NCBI GenBank assembly: GCA_012295275.1 | Contig: CM022672.1 | Coordinates: forward strand, 25,978,001-26,042,000 | Source of the DNA: Chrysomallon squamiferum | Taxonomy: Eukaryota; Animalia; Mollusca | DNA length: 64,000 bases | Direction of reading: 5' to 3' | Part shown: one piece after another, positions 62,862-64,000 of the stretch | How positions within the stretch are numbered: the stretch's first letter is position 1 | How the letters are laid out: each line of letters starts with the position of its first letter | The notes under the pieces: model-generated | Told to the model about the DNA's origin: nothing | Database searches by the model: none | The model's input: the letters and a program-made list of their open reading frames with translations, nothing else | Position numbers and translations under genes: made by a program

Positions 62862-63209
62862 GATTGTTGTTGTTTTTATTATAATTGCTACTGTTGTTAT
62901 TGCTGCGTTTGTCATTGTCATTATTATTGTTGTTGTTATATTATTATGCTGGGTTTTTTAATTTTTATTCTCTACTTTTAATTTTTTTTTTATATTATTT
63001 AATTATTTATAATTTTATATATTCAGTTTTTGATTATCTTTATTTATATATTTATTTATTTATAATTTTATATATATTCATTTGTTGATTATTTTATATA
63101 TAATCATTTTTTGATTATTTTATTTATATATTTATTTATTTATTTTAATATATTTCTTATTATAATTCTTTATGTTAAATTTTATAATATCAGTATAAAA
63201 TAACAAATT

Positions 63210-63248
<39 letters not shown>

Positions 63249-64000
63249 CCTCTTTTAACTGCTGAATAAAATTTTAAAGAAAACAGTTTTTTTCCCCACT
63301 TTTTTCTCTTTTATTATTTGTTTTTTAATTTTTATTGACATATGTTATAAACATGCATCGTATAGATGCCAAGATGTATTTTAATATTTTCACTCAACAA
63401 CTTAATATTTAACAATTCTGCAAAAATACTAATACTGATTAAAAACCAGCATCAAACAACAAAAGGAGGAATATAATATTGCCACAGCAACAAGAGGAAA
63501 GAACATGCATATAGATTTTATCAGTTCCATTATTATGGCTACCATGGCAACAGACATTAAAGGACAATAACTTTTATTTTTATTATTCAGAACATCAGAG
63601 GTGTAATTAGTGATCTTTGAAAACTGCTGTCGTCAATCAATACTGCTGATGCACTTTCTTGTTTGATGAAAACAGGAGAGGTAAATTCAAGAGTTGAAAT
63701 ATCTAAACAGAACTACAACTCATTACTAATTTCTATCTGAAAGCTAAAGGGGTTTTCTCACTGTATAATTAATCATTCTGACTTATTTCATGCAGGTCCA
63801 CTAAGTTAAAAAAAACAAAACACACAGAATCTAATATCTGATCTAAGAAATATCAATGGAGGCTGTGATGGGTAGAGTAGATTAGTGAAATCTTCATTTT
63901 GGTAAGCACTTGCTGAATGGTGCTGTGAGAAAATGCATGTCTCAGACTAAACTTATCATTTAAATGTTTTCACTACACTGCTCTGTGTGTACAACATGTT

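Overview
AT-rich, microsatellite-dense animal genomic DNA with spliceosomal GT-AG introns; probably a mollusc, inferred from the GRL101-type receptor and SINE-like remnants but not proven. From left to right: (1) the last three coding exons of an Hhex homeobox gene (+, 2774-4404; exon 1 lies upstream of the window), with an ETS/GATA/Myb-rich island upstream. (2) A ~20 kb gene-poor interval with GC-richer non-coding islands, a Tigger/pogo transposon remnant, an adjacent MITE, SINE-like relics and two identical, divergently oriented tRNA-Cys(GCA) genes. (3) A hand-assembled 37-exon gene (+, 24832-45457, ~2690 aa) for a very large GRL101/LGR-type GPCR: signal peptide, 8 kringles interleaved with 9 CCP/sushi domains, LDLa, 2 EGF, vWA, C-type lectin, 6 more LDLa, LRRs, 7TM, and a cytoplasmic tail resembling a dead kinase fragment. 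It carries an internal 7-exon block duplication and two frameshifted but skippable kringle exons. (4) A complete 13-exon AP-3 mu subunit gene (+, 48574-57242, 418 aa) whose long last intron holds a candidate 12-nt microexon. (5) The last two exons of a convergent whirlin-like PDZ gene (-, 59753-60409). Most short ORFs in the supplied track are microsatellite artefacts. All gene models were read by eye; no database search was run.
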